From Chiloscyllium plagiosum (lineage: Eukaryota), in the NCBI RefSeq assembly GCF_004010195.1, contig NC_057719.1:64736819-64800818 (forward strand): a stretch of 64,000 nt of DNA, written 5' to 3'. This document shows, one piece after another, positions 26,198 to 39,781 of this stretch (its first letter is position 1; the number at the start of each line of letters is the position of its first letter). The notes under the pieces were generated by a model, which worked only from the letters and a program-made list of their open reading frames with translations, had not been told where the DNA came from and did no database searches. Both the position numbers and the translations under genes were made by a program.

Positions 26198-26980
26198 TCC
26201 AATGCTTAGTCTTGGGAGTCAGGATTATCTTCCAAAGTTACTCGCTATAATGTATTAACTTTTTATATGCAAATGAACATTTTTTTCTACACGTGTTTAT
26301 TTAACTCTACATCTGGAACAATGAATTCTAGCATCAAATGATTTAAAGATATTGGGTGGGATCTTCCTAGATTCTGAATGATGTAGTCTTTCGTGAGAAA
26401 TTTGGGAGACATGTTGAGAGAGGCCCTTCTTGATGCCAAGTTCAAAACATTGCTTTTTCTAACCAATTCCTGGACATCAAGATATGATTCTTACTAGTGA
26501 GAGACTTATTAACAGGCATTGTCTCTCATTATCACCCTCATTGCTACCTAATCTTGCCTCATGAGCTTTGGGGCTCATGAGCTTTGTTCTACCACTTGTC
26601 AGATAGAAATCAGGGTGTGAGAATTCCGATATGAAAGTCAGAGTGGATACCTTCTGACCCCAGCTCATTCAGACCTCCATCTTAGATACCTGGCAGCAGT
26701 GTTTCAGGGCACAGCCCACTGGACAACAATCACTAACACCTTTTGACAATGGACATTGGCATCTAACATGTACCAGCCTCACCACAGCATCATGGCCCAT
26801 CTCCTATCCACTTACAGTATATGTCTACACTTTAATGCTGCATTTTGCATTGCACTGGCACCTCTCATTGCAAAGCTGCCACAAAGATACTTTGTGCTCA
26901 GGAATAGGTATCCAGCTCACAAATTGGATCAGGCTGCATCTCCAGGCTGATTGCTTGATCTCTTAGCAAACATTCACTTT

Positions 26981-27310
26981 GTGGCACAGTGGCTCAGTGG
27001 TTAGCACTGCTGCCTTACAACGGCAGGGGCCCAGGTTCAATTCCACCATCCAGGCGACTGTCTGTGTGGAGTTTGCATGTTTTCCCATGTGTCTGCCTGG
27101 TTGCTCTAATTTCCTCCCACAGCCCAAAGATATGCAAGTTAGGTCGATTGTTCTTGCTAAATTGCCCATAGTATTCAGGGATGTGTAGGTTAGATGCCTT
27201 AGCTATGGGAAATGCAGGGTTGCAGGAAAGGATAGGGGGTGGCCCTGGATAGAATGCTTTTCAGAGGGTCAGTGTGGACTTTTGGGCCAAATGGCCTGTT
27301 TCCACAATGA
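26981..27310 (+). mobile_element. tRNA-derived SINE (HE1-like)
   Basis: A-box gtggctcagtggttagc, B-box-like ggttcaattcc, tail ggcctgtttccaca. Confidence 0.9.
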
Positions 27311-27719
27311 ATGGTTTCCATGTGTTTCTATGGATCTACCTGGATGCGCACAGCATCATTGCCTTTCCCTTTTGAACCTAACCCTCAGACAGACCTTAAA
27401 GACTCCAAGTGCTTCTGCCTTGCCTTGCTGTTTAACACAGACAAAGTTTGGCAATTTATCATGGTTGTCAGTGATCATCAGTCAAAGGAGTGCATATACT
27501 GTTATATGACACTGGGCTATGTCAATCTTGCAACTAGAGAATGTGACAGCAGCCTGCGTGTGAATCAAATGGTCATACTAAACGGGGGTAGTCCTCATTC
27601 AGTACAGTCAGTCAAAGGTAGCATCTGTTCACAGTGCAATAGCTTGGTTGAAGTCAGTTGTCTGTTTGGACAAACAGGGTCAGGTTACACTCCTTCGTCT
27701 TGTTTCCCCTAGGTGGGGT

Positions 27720-28215
27720 CAATGATGCAGCCTCGGGAGTGGGATTCGGCACCATAGCTGGATGCCCCCAGGTACAAGGTGCTATAGACAGTATTCACAT
27801 CACATTGAGGTGGCTAGAACACAACACAGCTGAGTTCATCAACAGGAAAGGGTCTCATTCCATCAATGTACAAGGAATCTGTGATCATCAGTACTGCTTA
27901 TTTGGTGTTTGCACACGGTGCCATGATGTTTGTATCTTTAACAGGTCTCATGTTCCTTTACATTTGAGAGGCCAAATACCTTTAAAGACTGATTATAGGG
28001 AAACGGGCTCACCTCTGCCACAATGGCGGATGACTCCATTATGCAGTGCCCTGACAGAGACTGAGTGTAGATATAATACAGGGCCAGGGTTGAGCAAATG
28101 ATAGGTCTGCAAATGATAAGGTTTTGCTGCTTAGAGCTGTCTTTGGGGAGTCATTCTGTACATTTCATACAGAATGTGCTGCATAATCCTGGCATGCTAT
28201 GCTCTACACAACTGG
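27720..28215 (+). pseudogene. PIF/Harbinger DDE transposase remnant (HARBI1-like family)
   Basis: GCPQVQGAIDSIHI..FINRKGSHSINVQGICDH..CHD..PLPQWRMTP..ECRYN, then in other frames VEQMIGLQMIRFCCL and CIILACYALHN. YPGS is deleted and GDxGY is frameshifted. The element may begin at the TIR-like gggtgggatcttcc near 26354. Confidence 0.9.
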
Positions 28216-31200
28216 AGCAGGCAAGACCCTTCATGTTTTAAGAAACGTTAATTCTGATTTCTGTCTGCAGATGCTACCAGACCTGATGAGCCTTTCTAGC
28301 AATATCCAGTTTTGGAAAAGGCAGAGATTGGGTATGTTTTGTTAAAAAACTGGAAGAACAGGATTAATCTTCTGAGGAGGACGATGTGAACATTGAACAC
28401 CACATTCTGCATGGTAGAGCATTGCAACATTGGATGCTTGCTTCAGTCATGACAGGATTTTATTGACACCAGTCCCAGTAAATGAGAGCTGGGTGCTATG
28501 ATCATTTAATGACTGGAAAATTGTTGGTGCTTGACTTGCAAGCACTTTGTTTCTGTTCTGAGAAGCAAAAATGACAAGTAGATTTTTGATAAGATTCAGC
28601 CAATTGTGTGTTGACCTATCACATGATGTTTTGATGTTTTTGTACCTTAGAAAGTTGACAAAGTTTAATATTCTTCTTCATCTAGCTTGTGCTCTGTTGC
28701 CATCATTTTGTTATGTTGTTTCTCAGTAGCTGTTTTGCAGTGAGGTCCTCTTTCGTTTGTAACATATTTGGAAAAAATGTATCAGAAATTCCAATGACAA
28801 TTTTGGCTCAAATTAGTTTGGTTGTAAGTTACCACAAGCACGAAATTCTGCTAATCTATAGAGGTAATTAATGAAGTTCCACAGTATCTTTCTTTCTCTA
28901 TGATATAGTTGATGCTCAATGTAAAGTAATTGTCAAAGGTTCTTGCAATATTATCAAACATACCTGTCATTTTAAACTCTGATCTGCTGCAGAATCAAGA
29001 AATATGTTCACTTGGTCTTTGTGCTTCTTCCTAATGAAATCTAATGAAATGTGCTGTGGACATACAGTCCAGCTTAATTCCCTGTCTGATGTAATTGTGA
29101 TTTTAATGCTTGGATGAGTTATATCTTTTTCCATTGCAATAATATTTAACTGCTGTTGCTTTTCTTATTTAAATGATTTATTTGAAAGCAGTTGCAGGAT
29201 TCTTTTTGTAGATGTAACCACTTTTCGTGTTGAGTATTTTAAATTGTACAATTACTTCAATTATAGTAAGTGTTGAGTCTTCAGGAAGACTTTTGTATCA
29301 ATTTGGTAACTATTGTCATTATTTACAGGATACTAAAAATGAATTGCTTTTTGTCATGGTGGATATGAAGGTTTTGTAATGGTTACTGGGGATGGCAGTG
29401 GTTATTGTTGACGGGACATGAGGAACATTTGGAGGGTGAAGGATGGACGGATAGTTTATATTTGATTCTTTCTTTACAAATGTTGTGCACCTGGCATCCA
29501 GCTCAACAGTTCTCGGGTTATCTACCCTGAATATAGCATGCTTCTCTGGACCTAAAAACTGTTGTTTAGGCAGACATTTTTTAAAATTCTGGTTCCTGGA
29601 GCAGGAAATTCTCCTCATTCTGTATACCAGACTGTCAGATCTGGGCTCTAGTATACGCAGCAGAGCATGTTGTCACCATGTTCTTGTACTCACACATCAG
29701 CTATAAATCAATCACACATAAGAGAACTAGAGAAATCTAATAGGCAGTGCTTTGGATTTGATAGAAACACCATCAAACAAACGTTCGTGTTGAAATCAGC
29801 TCCACAAACGTTAAGGCAAAAGTCCTGCAAAGATGAACTTGCTAAACTGGGCTCTGGGTCTCATTCTCTGAGAACTAATTTTCCTTGCTGGCTTCAGTTC
29901 TCCCAGCCCTCAAATGACCACAGTTCTTATGGTGAACAAAGTAATTACTGTCGAGATACTCTGAAGATCTGCTAGAAATGTGATAGCATTGACATTAATG
30001 ACTGTGGAGAGCTTGCTACCAATCATTTAGCATGATGACAACTTGTCAATCAGGCTGCATCACACTATGTGTCCAATGATCTTAAAGACGAGGGAGGGCA
30101 TGCAGCAGAGAAGGAAAGTAAAGGAAGCAAATTCTGCATACAGAATGTCACAACTTCATGGGATGTTCTGCCCCATCTGCCCAAATATCTCTGAATCCAG
30201 TCATATGAAGACCCTTCGCAGAAATTCATAACCTCAAATAGACATCATCCTTGAATCAAACGACAGCCAACAATGACAGATGTTAGTAAGAACACCTGCA
30301 AGATGTATTCCTGTTTTTGTTTGTGATGAATTGAATATTTTAACAGGTAGAATTGTTCCAGAATATAAGTTTTTAAAAAAAATCTTATCCTGTCTCAATT
30401 GTTGCCATTGAATTTTGCTATGCTTGAATGAATCATCCTCGGGTCAAAAGGAGGTGACAGAATCAATAATTGGCATTGAATAATGTATAAACTGGAGTCT
30501 GATCTTACTTAATTCTGTGTTTGTGTATATGTTTGGACTTAGACTTGTAGAGCACTGCCACTTCTGTCAAAAGTGACTTATGGAGTTTGTATAATTCTGG
30601 GTTGGCCTTCATTCTGACATAAAAGGAGCTAGCACTATATTGACAAAATTGGCAATATCAAGCAAATGCTCTTTAGTTGGACAGTTGCAACTAGATACAT
30701 ATCATGTGGAGAAAAGGACAATTCTTTGGAAATTATATTTTGTATCGCGCTATAAAGAAGGTAAAATTATCACCATCAATGAAGAACAAATAAGCTTTTA
30801 CTCTCCCTAAAATGCCAGTCAAAATACTCCGCATTTAATTAAAGCTAAAAAAGTTCTATTGTGACTGTGCACCAGTCAGTGAAACTTAATGTCAACTTGG
30901 GCACCAAATATTCCCTGGAGAGACTAATTGAAAAAAAAAATCATGTTTATTGGAACATCTTTGCAGACTTTGCTGTATCAAAGTCACATTCCTGTTTTCT
31001 TCTTCAGTGTTATCTTGGATTACACATTTGCTTTACAGGTATGGGTGGGTTTCATGTTCCTTTGGTACCGTTCTTGAACAATATAACTCTTTTGAAGGTT
31101 TCTAGTTTTGTTTTATGAATTGATAAATTATAGCTGTTTATAATTGTTAATGAGCTTGTTAGCAACTTGTTGTGCTGCAAAAACCTTATTGTTATATCAT

Positions 31201-32085
31201 TTATTTTATATTCACATTGTCACCAATAGGATCACTAAACCAAATGCTTATTTGTTTGATTGACATGATTAAATAGGACGACATTTTCAGATAATAGTTG
31301 CTGGCTCTTTTTATGTACCAACAAAAGCTAATCTAGAATTACACTAACTCCATAAATTACACTTGATGGAATTGGCAGTAGCAATAGTTCTTATTGCACA
31401 ATTTTAAGCACTTCCATTTCAAATCTGTTGGAATGTAATAATATGTACTATTAATAGATTGTGCAGGAACATTTGAAACATGAAGTGCAAACACTTCCCC
31501 ACTATTCTCATTTCATTTTTTGTTTTATATGACAGCTTAAGCGTTTCTACTACTTGCCTCGGCACCGCTCTGTCTAAAGCAGCAGAATGGGAACATAATA
31601 CATCCATTTCAGTTCTTTATCTTTGTTCTTTACTCATAGAGTCATAGAGATATACAGCATGGAAACAGACCCTTTGGTCCATCTCGTCAATGCCGACCAG
31701 ATAACTAAATAAATCTAGTCTCATTTGCCAGAATTTGGCCCATACCTCTGTAAACCCTTCCTACTCATATACCCATCAAATGCCTTTTAAATGATGTAAT
31801 TGTACCTGTCTTCACCACTTCCTTTGGCAGCTCACTCCATGCACACACCACCCTCTGCGTGAAAAATTGCCCCTTAGTTCCTTTTTTTAAAGTCTTTCCC
31901 CTCTCATCTTAAATCTGTGCCCTTTAATTTTGGACACCCCTACCCCAGGAAAGAGACGTTGTCTGTTTACTCTATCCGTGCCCCTCATAATTTTATAAAC
32001 CTCTATAAGGACACCCCTCAGCCTCTGAAGTTCTAGGGAAAATAGTCCCAGTCCATTCAGCCTCTCCATATAGTTCACACCCTGG

Positions 32086-32850
32086 GTAAAAATCACACAA
32101 CACCAGGTTATAGTCCAACAGGTTTATTTGGAAGTACTAGCTTTTGGAGAGCGGCCCCTTCATCAGGTGGTTGTGGAGTATAAGATCATAGGACTCAGAA
32201 TTTATAGCAAAAGTTTATAGTGTGATGTAACTGAAATTATATATTGAAAAAGATTGTTTTAAGTGTCTTATCTTTTAGAATGGGCATGTTGGTTTCAATT
32301 CTTTCATATGTAAATCCCAGATCTTTCTTAAAGTTACATTCTCAAGTGAACTTTAACAATAAGTGCCATGTTGTCCCAAATAATATATTGAAGGTGTGAG
32401 GTGTCCTGTGTGAGACTGTCTGTCTGTGCCCCAATGTTCAGGTAGGTGAAAGTGAGGACTGCAGATGCTGAAGATTAGAGTCAAGGTTAGAGTGGTGCTG
32501 GAAAAGCACAGCAGGTCAGGCAGCATCCTAGGAGCAGGAAAATCGATGTTTCGGGCAGGAGTCCTCCTGATGAAGTACCACTCTAATCTTGGCCCCAGTG
32601 TTCAGACTGATTCTAATCTAAAAAAGGGATTTACAGAATCTTACATGGATTCTTGCAGTTTTTGAGCAAAATGGAATGTAATTCCGCAAGTACAAACTTA
32701 CCCCACAAACTTGTGTGTGTGTGTGTGCAGAGGCGGCTATGAGTGTCAGTGAGAGAGTGTGTGTATGTCCGTGTGTATGAGTGTGAGTAAAAAGGGGGGA
32801 TAAAAGTCTGTGAGAGGGTGTGTGTGTGAGAATGTGGGAGTGTATGTTGA
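32086..32850 (-). mobile_element. Penelope family B 3' region inserted in CR1
   Basis: Family B pseudo-LTR with decayed hammerhead, then AT-rich body and GT-rich tract; accctgg on both flanks. Confidence 0.75.
32442..32591 (-). mobile_element. Penelope family A fragment inserted in the family B element
   Basis: TSD gcccca(a/g)tgttcag at 32428-32441 and 32592-32605. Confidence 0.85.
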
Positions 32851-33508
32851 CACCTCAACCCTGGTACATCCTTATAAATCTTTTCCGAACCCTTTCAAGT
32901 TTCACAATATCTTTCTTATAGCAGAGAGACCAGAATTGCATGCAGTATTCCAATAGTGGCCCAACCAATGTCCTGTACAGCTGCAACAGCCCACTCCTCA
33001 GCCCATTGGTCCATCTGATCAAGATCCCACTGTACTCTGAGGTAGCCTTCTTCACAGTCCACTACACCTCCAATTTTGATGTCATCTGAAAACTTATTAA
33101 CCATACCTCCTATGTTCACAACCAAATCAGTTATATAAATGCCAAAAAACCTCTTGCATATTTTTCTTAATTTACTTCATTTTGTTGCCAATCTTTTCTG
33201 TCTTCTTTATCTGCATATATGTCTTCTTCCTGCCTTTTCTGATTTCAGTTTTTGTCTCCCAATTTTGTTTTCTTATTTCTTTTCCCACATATTTCTTTCA
33301 TTACATTCTGTTTGCTCTTCTTCATCTTGTCTTAGCACTTGGTATTTCTTAAGAGTTTTCATTAGTTGTTTCTTAGGTTCCATTTATTTTGTTTTACCAC
33401 GTTTCAGTATTCCTATTCTTGCCCTCGTCAATAACAATTCCATGATTTATTAGGTCTTCAGGCACAAATTAATTCCAAAGATAGGAAAGCAGTGTAGAGG
33501 CAGAGCTC

Positions 33509-33990
33509 AATGTAGGCACAAATTACTGCAGAGGAGAAAGTGAGGACTGCAGATTCTGGAGATCAGAGCTGAAAATGTGTTGCTGGAAAAGTGCAGCAGG
33601 TCAGGCAGCATCCAAGGAGCAGGAGAATCGACGTTTCGGGCATGAGCCCTTCTTCATTCCTGAAGAAGGACTCATGCCCGAAACCTTGATTGTCCTGCTC
33701 CTTGGATGCTGCCTGACCTGCTGTGCTTTTCCAGCAACACATTTTCAGCACAAATTACTGCAGATGCTGGAATCTGTACTGAAAATAACAAATGGTAGAG
33801 ATCACAGTGGGTCAGACAGCATCTATGGAGAGACAGAGCAAGCTAATGTTTTGAGTCTAGATGACTCTTCATCAGAACTCTGAAGAGTCATCTAAACTTG
33901 AAATGTGAGCTTACTCTCTCTCTCTCTCTCTCTCTCTCTATGGATGCTGTCTGACCCATTGTGATCTCTAGCATTTGTTGTTTTCAGTAC
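33509..33990. mobile_element. Penelope-derived hairpin element (family C)
   Basis: Inverted arms ctgtactgaaaataacaaatg / catttgttgttttcagtacag with decayed hammerheads at the centre. TSD aggcagag(c/t)tc. Confidence 0.8.
33533..33747. mobile_element. Penelope-derived hairpin element (family A) nested in family C
   Basis: 17-bp duplication gcacaaattactgcaga at 33516-33532 and 33748-33764; inverted arms of about 90 bp. Confidence 0.9.
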
Positions 33991-34287
33991 AGGCAGAGTT
34001 CCTTTGATGAAATGTACTCATTTTGAATATCACAATTATTTGAATTTCTCTCAACTTGTATGGGAAGAGAGCATTCTGCCCATATTGCTGAAATTTTGTA
34101 TCCTATCTGTTCTCATTCGTGACCATTTTCTGGAAGTTGAGGTCCTCTAGTTCTGTTAGCAATGTTTATTAGTGAGTTTTGAGAAGATTTGTACCTCGGG
34201 TTGAGGTTTTGGATATAGGTTTGCTCGCTGAGCTGATAGGTTCATTTCCAGATGTTTCATTACCTTATTACGTAACACCTTCAGTGG

Positions 34288-34485
34288 ATAAAAGCAAATT
34301 ACTGCGGATGCTGGAATCTGAAATCAAAAGAGAAAATGCTGGAAAATATCAGCAGGTCTGGCAGCATCTGTAAGGAGAGAAAAGAGCTGACTTTTCGAGT
34401 CTAACTGACCCTTTGACAAAGTTCGAAACGTTAGCTCTTTTTGCTGTTTACAGATGCTGCCAGACCTGCTGAGATTTTCCAACAA
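34288..34485. mobile_element. Penelope-derived hairpin nested in family D
   Basis: Arms tcagcaggtctggcagcatctgta / tacagatgctgccagacctgctga. TSD cttcagtgg. Confidence 0.85.
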
Positions 34486-34781
34486 CTTCAGTGGGCCTCA
34501 TGCGAAGCAATGCTGAAAATTCCTGCTTTCTATTTATATGTTTGGGTTGGTGATGTCATTTCCTGTGGTGAAGTCACTTCCTGTTCCTTTTCTCAGGGGG
34601 TGGTAGATGGGGTCTAACTTGAACTCTATCAACAAACCCACCGAGTTAAACCCCATCTACCACCCCCTGAGAAAAGGAACAGGAAGTGATGTCACCACAG
34701 GAAATGACATCACCAACCCAAAGAAACCCAAACATATAAATGGAAAACAGGAATTTTCAACATTGCTTTGCATGAGGCCCA

Positions 34782-34815
34782 CTGAAGATGTTACCTAGTA
34801 ACGTAACGAAACGTC
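34782..34815 (+). ncRNA. Minimal hammerhead ribozyme motif (family D)
   Basis: ca-CUGAAGA-U-GUUAC-cuaguaac-GUAAC-GAAA-CG-UC-ug. Confidence 0.75.
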
Positions 34816-35462
34816 TGCAAATGAACCTTTCAGCTCAGCGAGCAAACCTACATCCAATGTTTATTATTGGATCATTTCTAATTCTTCTAAGATGCAGACG
34901 ACTGACCAGTCTGTGATATCCACATGGAAACACTATCCAGCTGTGTTACTGGATGATGATTATTAGGGAGATTTGTATTAAGCACTTTAGGCTCGGGCTG
35001 TTGAAACCAGTGAAATCACCCACTCACTGTCTAGGTATGATTGCTTAGTATCAATTCTAGATTGAATCAATGTTTTTTTCTAGCCTATAATCCTTACTTC
35101 TATGTCAAGGTGAATGCATACTTTGATGCAGCCATCGGAGCTGCTAAGACATTTTTCTGACACAGTTGCTTGAGCTTGCTGATGCTGAGTGAATTGGAGT
35201 GGCACTGTGATGAAACTAGTGAAATTTAAAGCTAAAACACTGGATGCTGCAAATTTAAAATAAGAATGGAAAATTCTAGAAATATTCATCAGGTCTGTGT
35301 GTGATATTGTGTTATAAATTAACTCACACACCAGCTCGCTATATTCATTATAATTGGGTTTCTATTCATTCACTTACAATCCTTTACTAACCAGTTATTT
35401 ACTATAAAACAGTTTCATTTGTTCATTCATAAAATCACTGTTCTGTAGTATATTTTACAATT

Positions 35463-35572
35463 GGGAGAAAGTGAGGACTGCAGATGCTGGAGATCAGAGT
35501 CATGAGTGTGTTGCTGGAAAAGCACAGGCAGTCAGGAGGAGCAGGAGAATCGATGTTTCAGGCATAAGCCCT
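35463..35572 (-). mobile_element. Penelope family A pseudo-LTR fragment
   Basis: ggagaaagtgaggactgcagatgctggagatcagag... truncated within the hammerhead. Confidence 0.8.
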
Positions 35573-37597
35573 TAGACTAAAATTAAAGTAATACTTCCAA
35601 ACCCATTCACCTTAAACCCTTATCAGGTCTACTTCTACATCAAAAGATACTTCTGACGAGATGTCAATATTGTACACAGTACCATCCCCATCAAATCTCC
35701 GTGGAATATTATAATATTAATCAGCCCTTACTGACCGTGTCATGGATCTGAATAGATTGCAGAATACCAAACAGTTTCCCCAATTTGTATGTACTTGTTA
35801 AATACCTTTTAAGTGGGCCATTATCACATTAAGAAACTAACTGACAAAACAGCCCCTCTATGAAATTGCATGAATGAATGAATGAAATTCACACTGACAA
35901 ATAGTAAACAAATTTCACAACCCAGCTGCAGTAATCAGTTTAATATCCTTTATTCTTTTATTAAGCAGATGTACAATTTCTAAATTATTTAGAGCAGAAA
36001 GGCCTAGTATTTTTACTAACATTTATTAACTTAAAAGACAAAAGGACGAACATCTCTTAATTATGTAAGCAAAACAGACAGACACTCTTAATTCCATCAG
36101 AAGTAGCAGCCAGTGCTTAGCACATGTTTTAACCCATCTCCAGTTTCCCAGGGCATAAGTCCCTCAAATCTTTGTGTACTGTAGATAAAAACACCGTGGT
36201 AATGGAATATTTATATCTGTAAGAGCTGTGTATAATGTCAGATTCACAGAGGTTAAATGTTACTGTCTTCACTATTCTGCAATAAGCATTTCTGAACTTA
36301 ACTGTAATTACTTGGCCTTTTTAGTACAATTCACAGTCATTTGTTCAACAGTCTCTGAGTCAAGTAAAATTGGTAACAGATGCAAGTGTTAGAATTTAGG
36401 ACAGAATAGTTCGACCGTCTTAATTGTTTATCAAAGCCAGATTTGTGGTTTTTCCTTACGAGTAATGTCTTTTCCCATATGTTTGCATACGCACTTTTGA
36501 CTGGTTGAACAAAATCCCTCGGGATAAGAGGCAATAACCTCAAAATAATAACGCTGCATCTGCATGCTTATGATAAATCAGTTTTTGAATGAAAGATGTT
36601 CTTTAGGCAAGGTGATGGGTCCTAACAGGGGAGCAGAGGCTGATTAACTCTGCCAACAATGTAGCACAAGTATTATGAGCCAAATGGCCTCCTTCAGTAT
36701 TCAATGCATCCTGTGTACTTGTCAATAATCAGTTCAACTGAGATCACGTTTGGAAATCAAACCCTGACATTCAGGCAGTCTTCTATCATTGCTTGTGTCA
36801 TGTGAATCTTTATTGACGGGGGTTAAACTGTAACTCAGACTTGTTCGTTTTCCTTGTATAAGCACAGTCAGTACTGCAAAGTATACAATAGTTTATATTA
36901 ATTTCAGCCTTTGCTTTCAATAAAAGTTTTTCTGGCATTACAGCTAAAATGTACAGTGTCTCTGGTGCCTTCCTTATGACCCATGACTTCACTCCATATG
37001 AATTTTGTAAACTATTTCCAAGTAAAACTAAGATGAAAATGCTATAGAACTAATGCTCCTATATTCAATTAAATGTGATGCATGCTTGAACAGAAAACTA
37101 GTGTTTCAAATCAACATGAATAATGAAGCGTTAGTTAAGTGACAGGCTCAGTTTCAGCTGCTGAGAGCTAGAAGATGATCTAATTTCAGTTTTGTGCCTT
37201 TTTGAGGTACACTAAATTATCAAAAAGTCAGATACCATGTCCTCCTCCCCAGGATTAAATGTGGCATCTGGGTAAACTCCTTCCCTACCACTGGATGTCA
37301 ACATTACCATCTTTTTAATGACAGAGGGAGCTTGCATTTTCCAGAGACGATAACATTCTTGGAATACACAGTTCTTAAACTCAAGAGTCAGTTTTCCTGA
37401 CATGTACAAAACCTGGAACCATTCAATTTCTTGTTACTCCAACTACTCTGCAAATGTAATACTGCCATAAGTGATCGCCGTCAGTTTTAACATGGACCAT
37501 ACTTTTCTCCATTACTATCATGTACTAACATCATAATTTAACAGTGGATGAGAAAATTACAATGCTGATAGCAACTGCTGACAAGACAAAAAATGCC

Positions 37598-37745
37598 TCA
37601 TAAAAGCACAATACAGCAGATGCTGAAAATCTGAAACGAAAACAGAAAATATTGGAGAAACTCACCAGGCCTGGCAGCATCTGTGGAAAGAGAAACAAAG
37701 TTAACATTTTAGATCCAATATGATTCTTCTTTGCAACTCTGAAGA
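37598..37745 (-). mobile_element. Degenerate Penelope pseudo-LTR fragment
   Basis: Similar to the left arm of 34288-34485. Confidence 0.65.
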
Positions 37746-39746
37746 GTACTCCAGAACTTTCTGTTTTGATATTGTATGTGGAATGCCTCAGCACTACCAT
37801 TGGAGACATTTGCGAAAGTATAACTCCATGAAGTTAATTCATCAGCGTGTGAGATAAAATCCTTCCTCGGTATTTCATAATGGACCCAGGTACCCAGATG
37901 AAAATGAGCAAAAATGCAGATAATGCGCAGCAGGTTAATGAACGTCTGTGTAGGGTTTCTGGGATAGCCTGTTGGCAGTGATGTTAAGTTATTAGATGAG
38001 CTCTTTTTCTACTTGGGAGTACCCAAAAGATTCATTTCCATTTCTTCATTCTGGTTTGAGAAAATACCTGATTTAGATTCTGAAGTCATGACTTGAGTTG
38101 GATTCAAACAAATAACCTATGGTATTTTAGGATACATGGCTTTTTCTATCAGTTTAGGACAGGTTAGGCAAGATCCACTCAATTCTGAAGCCAAACTGGT
38201 TGTCATCTATCCGATTATTAGCACTGGAAGATAAGCTAATGGACTTGTGGTTGCCTTTGAGGTTGAGGAAGAGAAGCAACAGGAAGAGAAAATAAAGTCC
38301 TCATTCTGGCTAGATAGTCCATGAGTAACTTTGTTGCCATACCAGTAAATGCATCCCCATTCACCCCCTGTCCCTCTGTCACTGACTAGCTTCATTTCCA
38401 CTTGGCCACAATGCAAAAATAAAAGTTACCACAAAGTAGAGAGCATAAACCAATACATAAACTGATCAGTTGTGCAATTGCTGGGTGCTTATTTTCCATG
38501 TGCCTTAGTGCTTCGATGCAAGAATGGCTGATGGAAAGCTGCTGAACCTTTTGGGGAAACTTCGAGGGCCTTCGGTGATAATCACATAGCCCTGGGCCTA
38601 GAAAGTCTGATATGAGACTACACTATCTCCTATGCATTAGCAGAGGTGAATTATTTAAAAATAATCTCCTTGTCAGTGATAATGAAAAAATGTCACGTAT
38701 GCCACTCATCACAACACACAAAAGTTTGTATCTTTATTTGCTACAAAGTTAATTGGATTTTATGAGAATTGACACACGTATATAATATATATATATATAT
38801 AGTCATGTGGATCTTGACTTACTTTTCCTGCATGTACCATTCCAAGAAATGTTAACTGCTGGGGCGTTTCAAAAATCTGCCTCCAACTCAGTATGACAAG
38901 TGGCAATGATGATATCCCTAAAGGTTCTCAAGTTATAAATTAAAATGATGATAGCTTAAATATTTGTTTGTTGTTAATATGGGGAACTGTTCCTCTCATT
39001 TTCTATCACCATAGGATGACGGATGCTACCTCACACAGTGTGCATGTGTTGGAAAATGACAACTGTTACATGCATAAGGAGCACACCTTTGTTACTTTTT
39101 CTGGAGACTGGAGATACAACTTCCATCAGATACTAGGTGCAAAGTGGTTTCCTATGAGAACATCAGGGCTCCTCCAATCAACTTTTTAGACTTTTTGGCG
39201 TGGTGGAGTTAGCAGAAGTTAAGGGTTTGCAATCGAGTAAGGTTCAGCTGATACTTCACCGCAGAAGCTTCATGATTCATGTCAGTACTTGTTTTTCAAA
39301 GGCAGCTATAGTACATTTATTGTCAAATGTTCTACATTACTCATATAGTTTGATGGAAAAATAAACTAGATGGATAGCTGTTAGGAAGACAGGAGTCTCC
39401 TCTGCATCAGTGGCTACTAATCCCACTAATTCATTGAGAATTCTGAAAATAGAAGAGGAGCCCCTTCATGGCAATTTTTTTGCATCTGTGTTCAGTTCCT
39501 TATCTAGTTTTTCTTACCTTTGAGGAAGATATGCCAGCAGCACAATGAAAATGAGTGGAGAAGGATGATATTTTGCAAAATGTATGAAATGCAGCACATA
39601 TTGAGGCCAAGGTTGTGGGCATAAGTAGTTTGGCATCCTAAGAACTAAAAACATGTTTTGCAATACTGGGGTGAAGTCTCCTGTGTTGAAACTTTATTGC
39701 TGGAACAGCACAGCAGGTCAGGCAGCATCCAGGGAACAGGAGATTC

Positions 39747-39774
39747 GACGTTTCGGGCACAGGCCCTTCTTCAG
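39747..39774 (-). ncRNA. Minimal hammerhead ribozyme motif, minus-strand copy
   Basis: Mirror image of 39782-39809. Confidence 0.75.
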
Positions 39775-39781
39775 GAACTTC

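Larger units (their letters stand above)
31635..33137 (-). mobile_element. CR1 LINE fragment, interrupted and internally deleted
   Basis: KFSDDIKIGGVVD, LYRTLVGPLLEYC, RGVLIEVYKIMRG; gagtcataga tail at left. Confidence 0.93.
34172..34854. mobile_element. Penelope element 3' end with inverted pseudo-LTR (family D)
   Basis: Inverted arms of about 200 bp. The centre encodes NSINKPTELNPIYHPLR, like a Penelope ORF C-terminus. 12-bp TSD caatgtttatta at 34160-34171 and 34855-34866. Confidence 0.85.

Noticed and set aside
26981..27055. tRNA gene (also heads at 3283 and 52190)
   Set aside because: The A and B boxes run straight into SINE bodies, with no complete cloverleaf.
27658..28101. Domesticated HARBI1 gene
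   Set aside because: Motif deletions, frameshifts and nearby insertions indicate a dead transposon copy.
33139..33453. Hydrophobic membrane-protein-like ORF (also 1023-1346 and 56011-56298)
   Set aside because: F/L/S richness reflects pyrimidine-rich strands. There are no splice or domain signals; at 33139 and 56011 the opposite strand is the more coding-like one.
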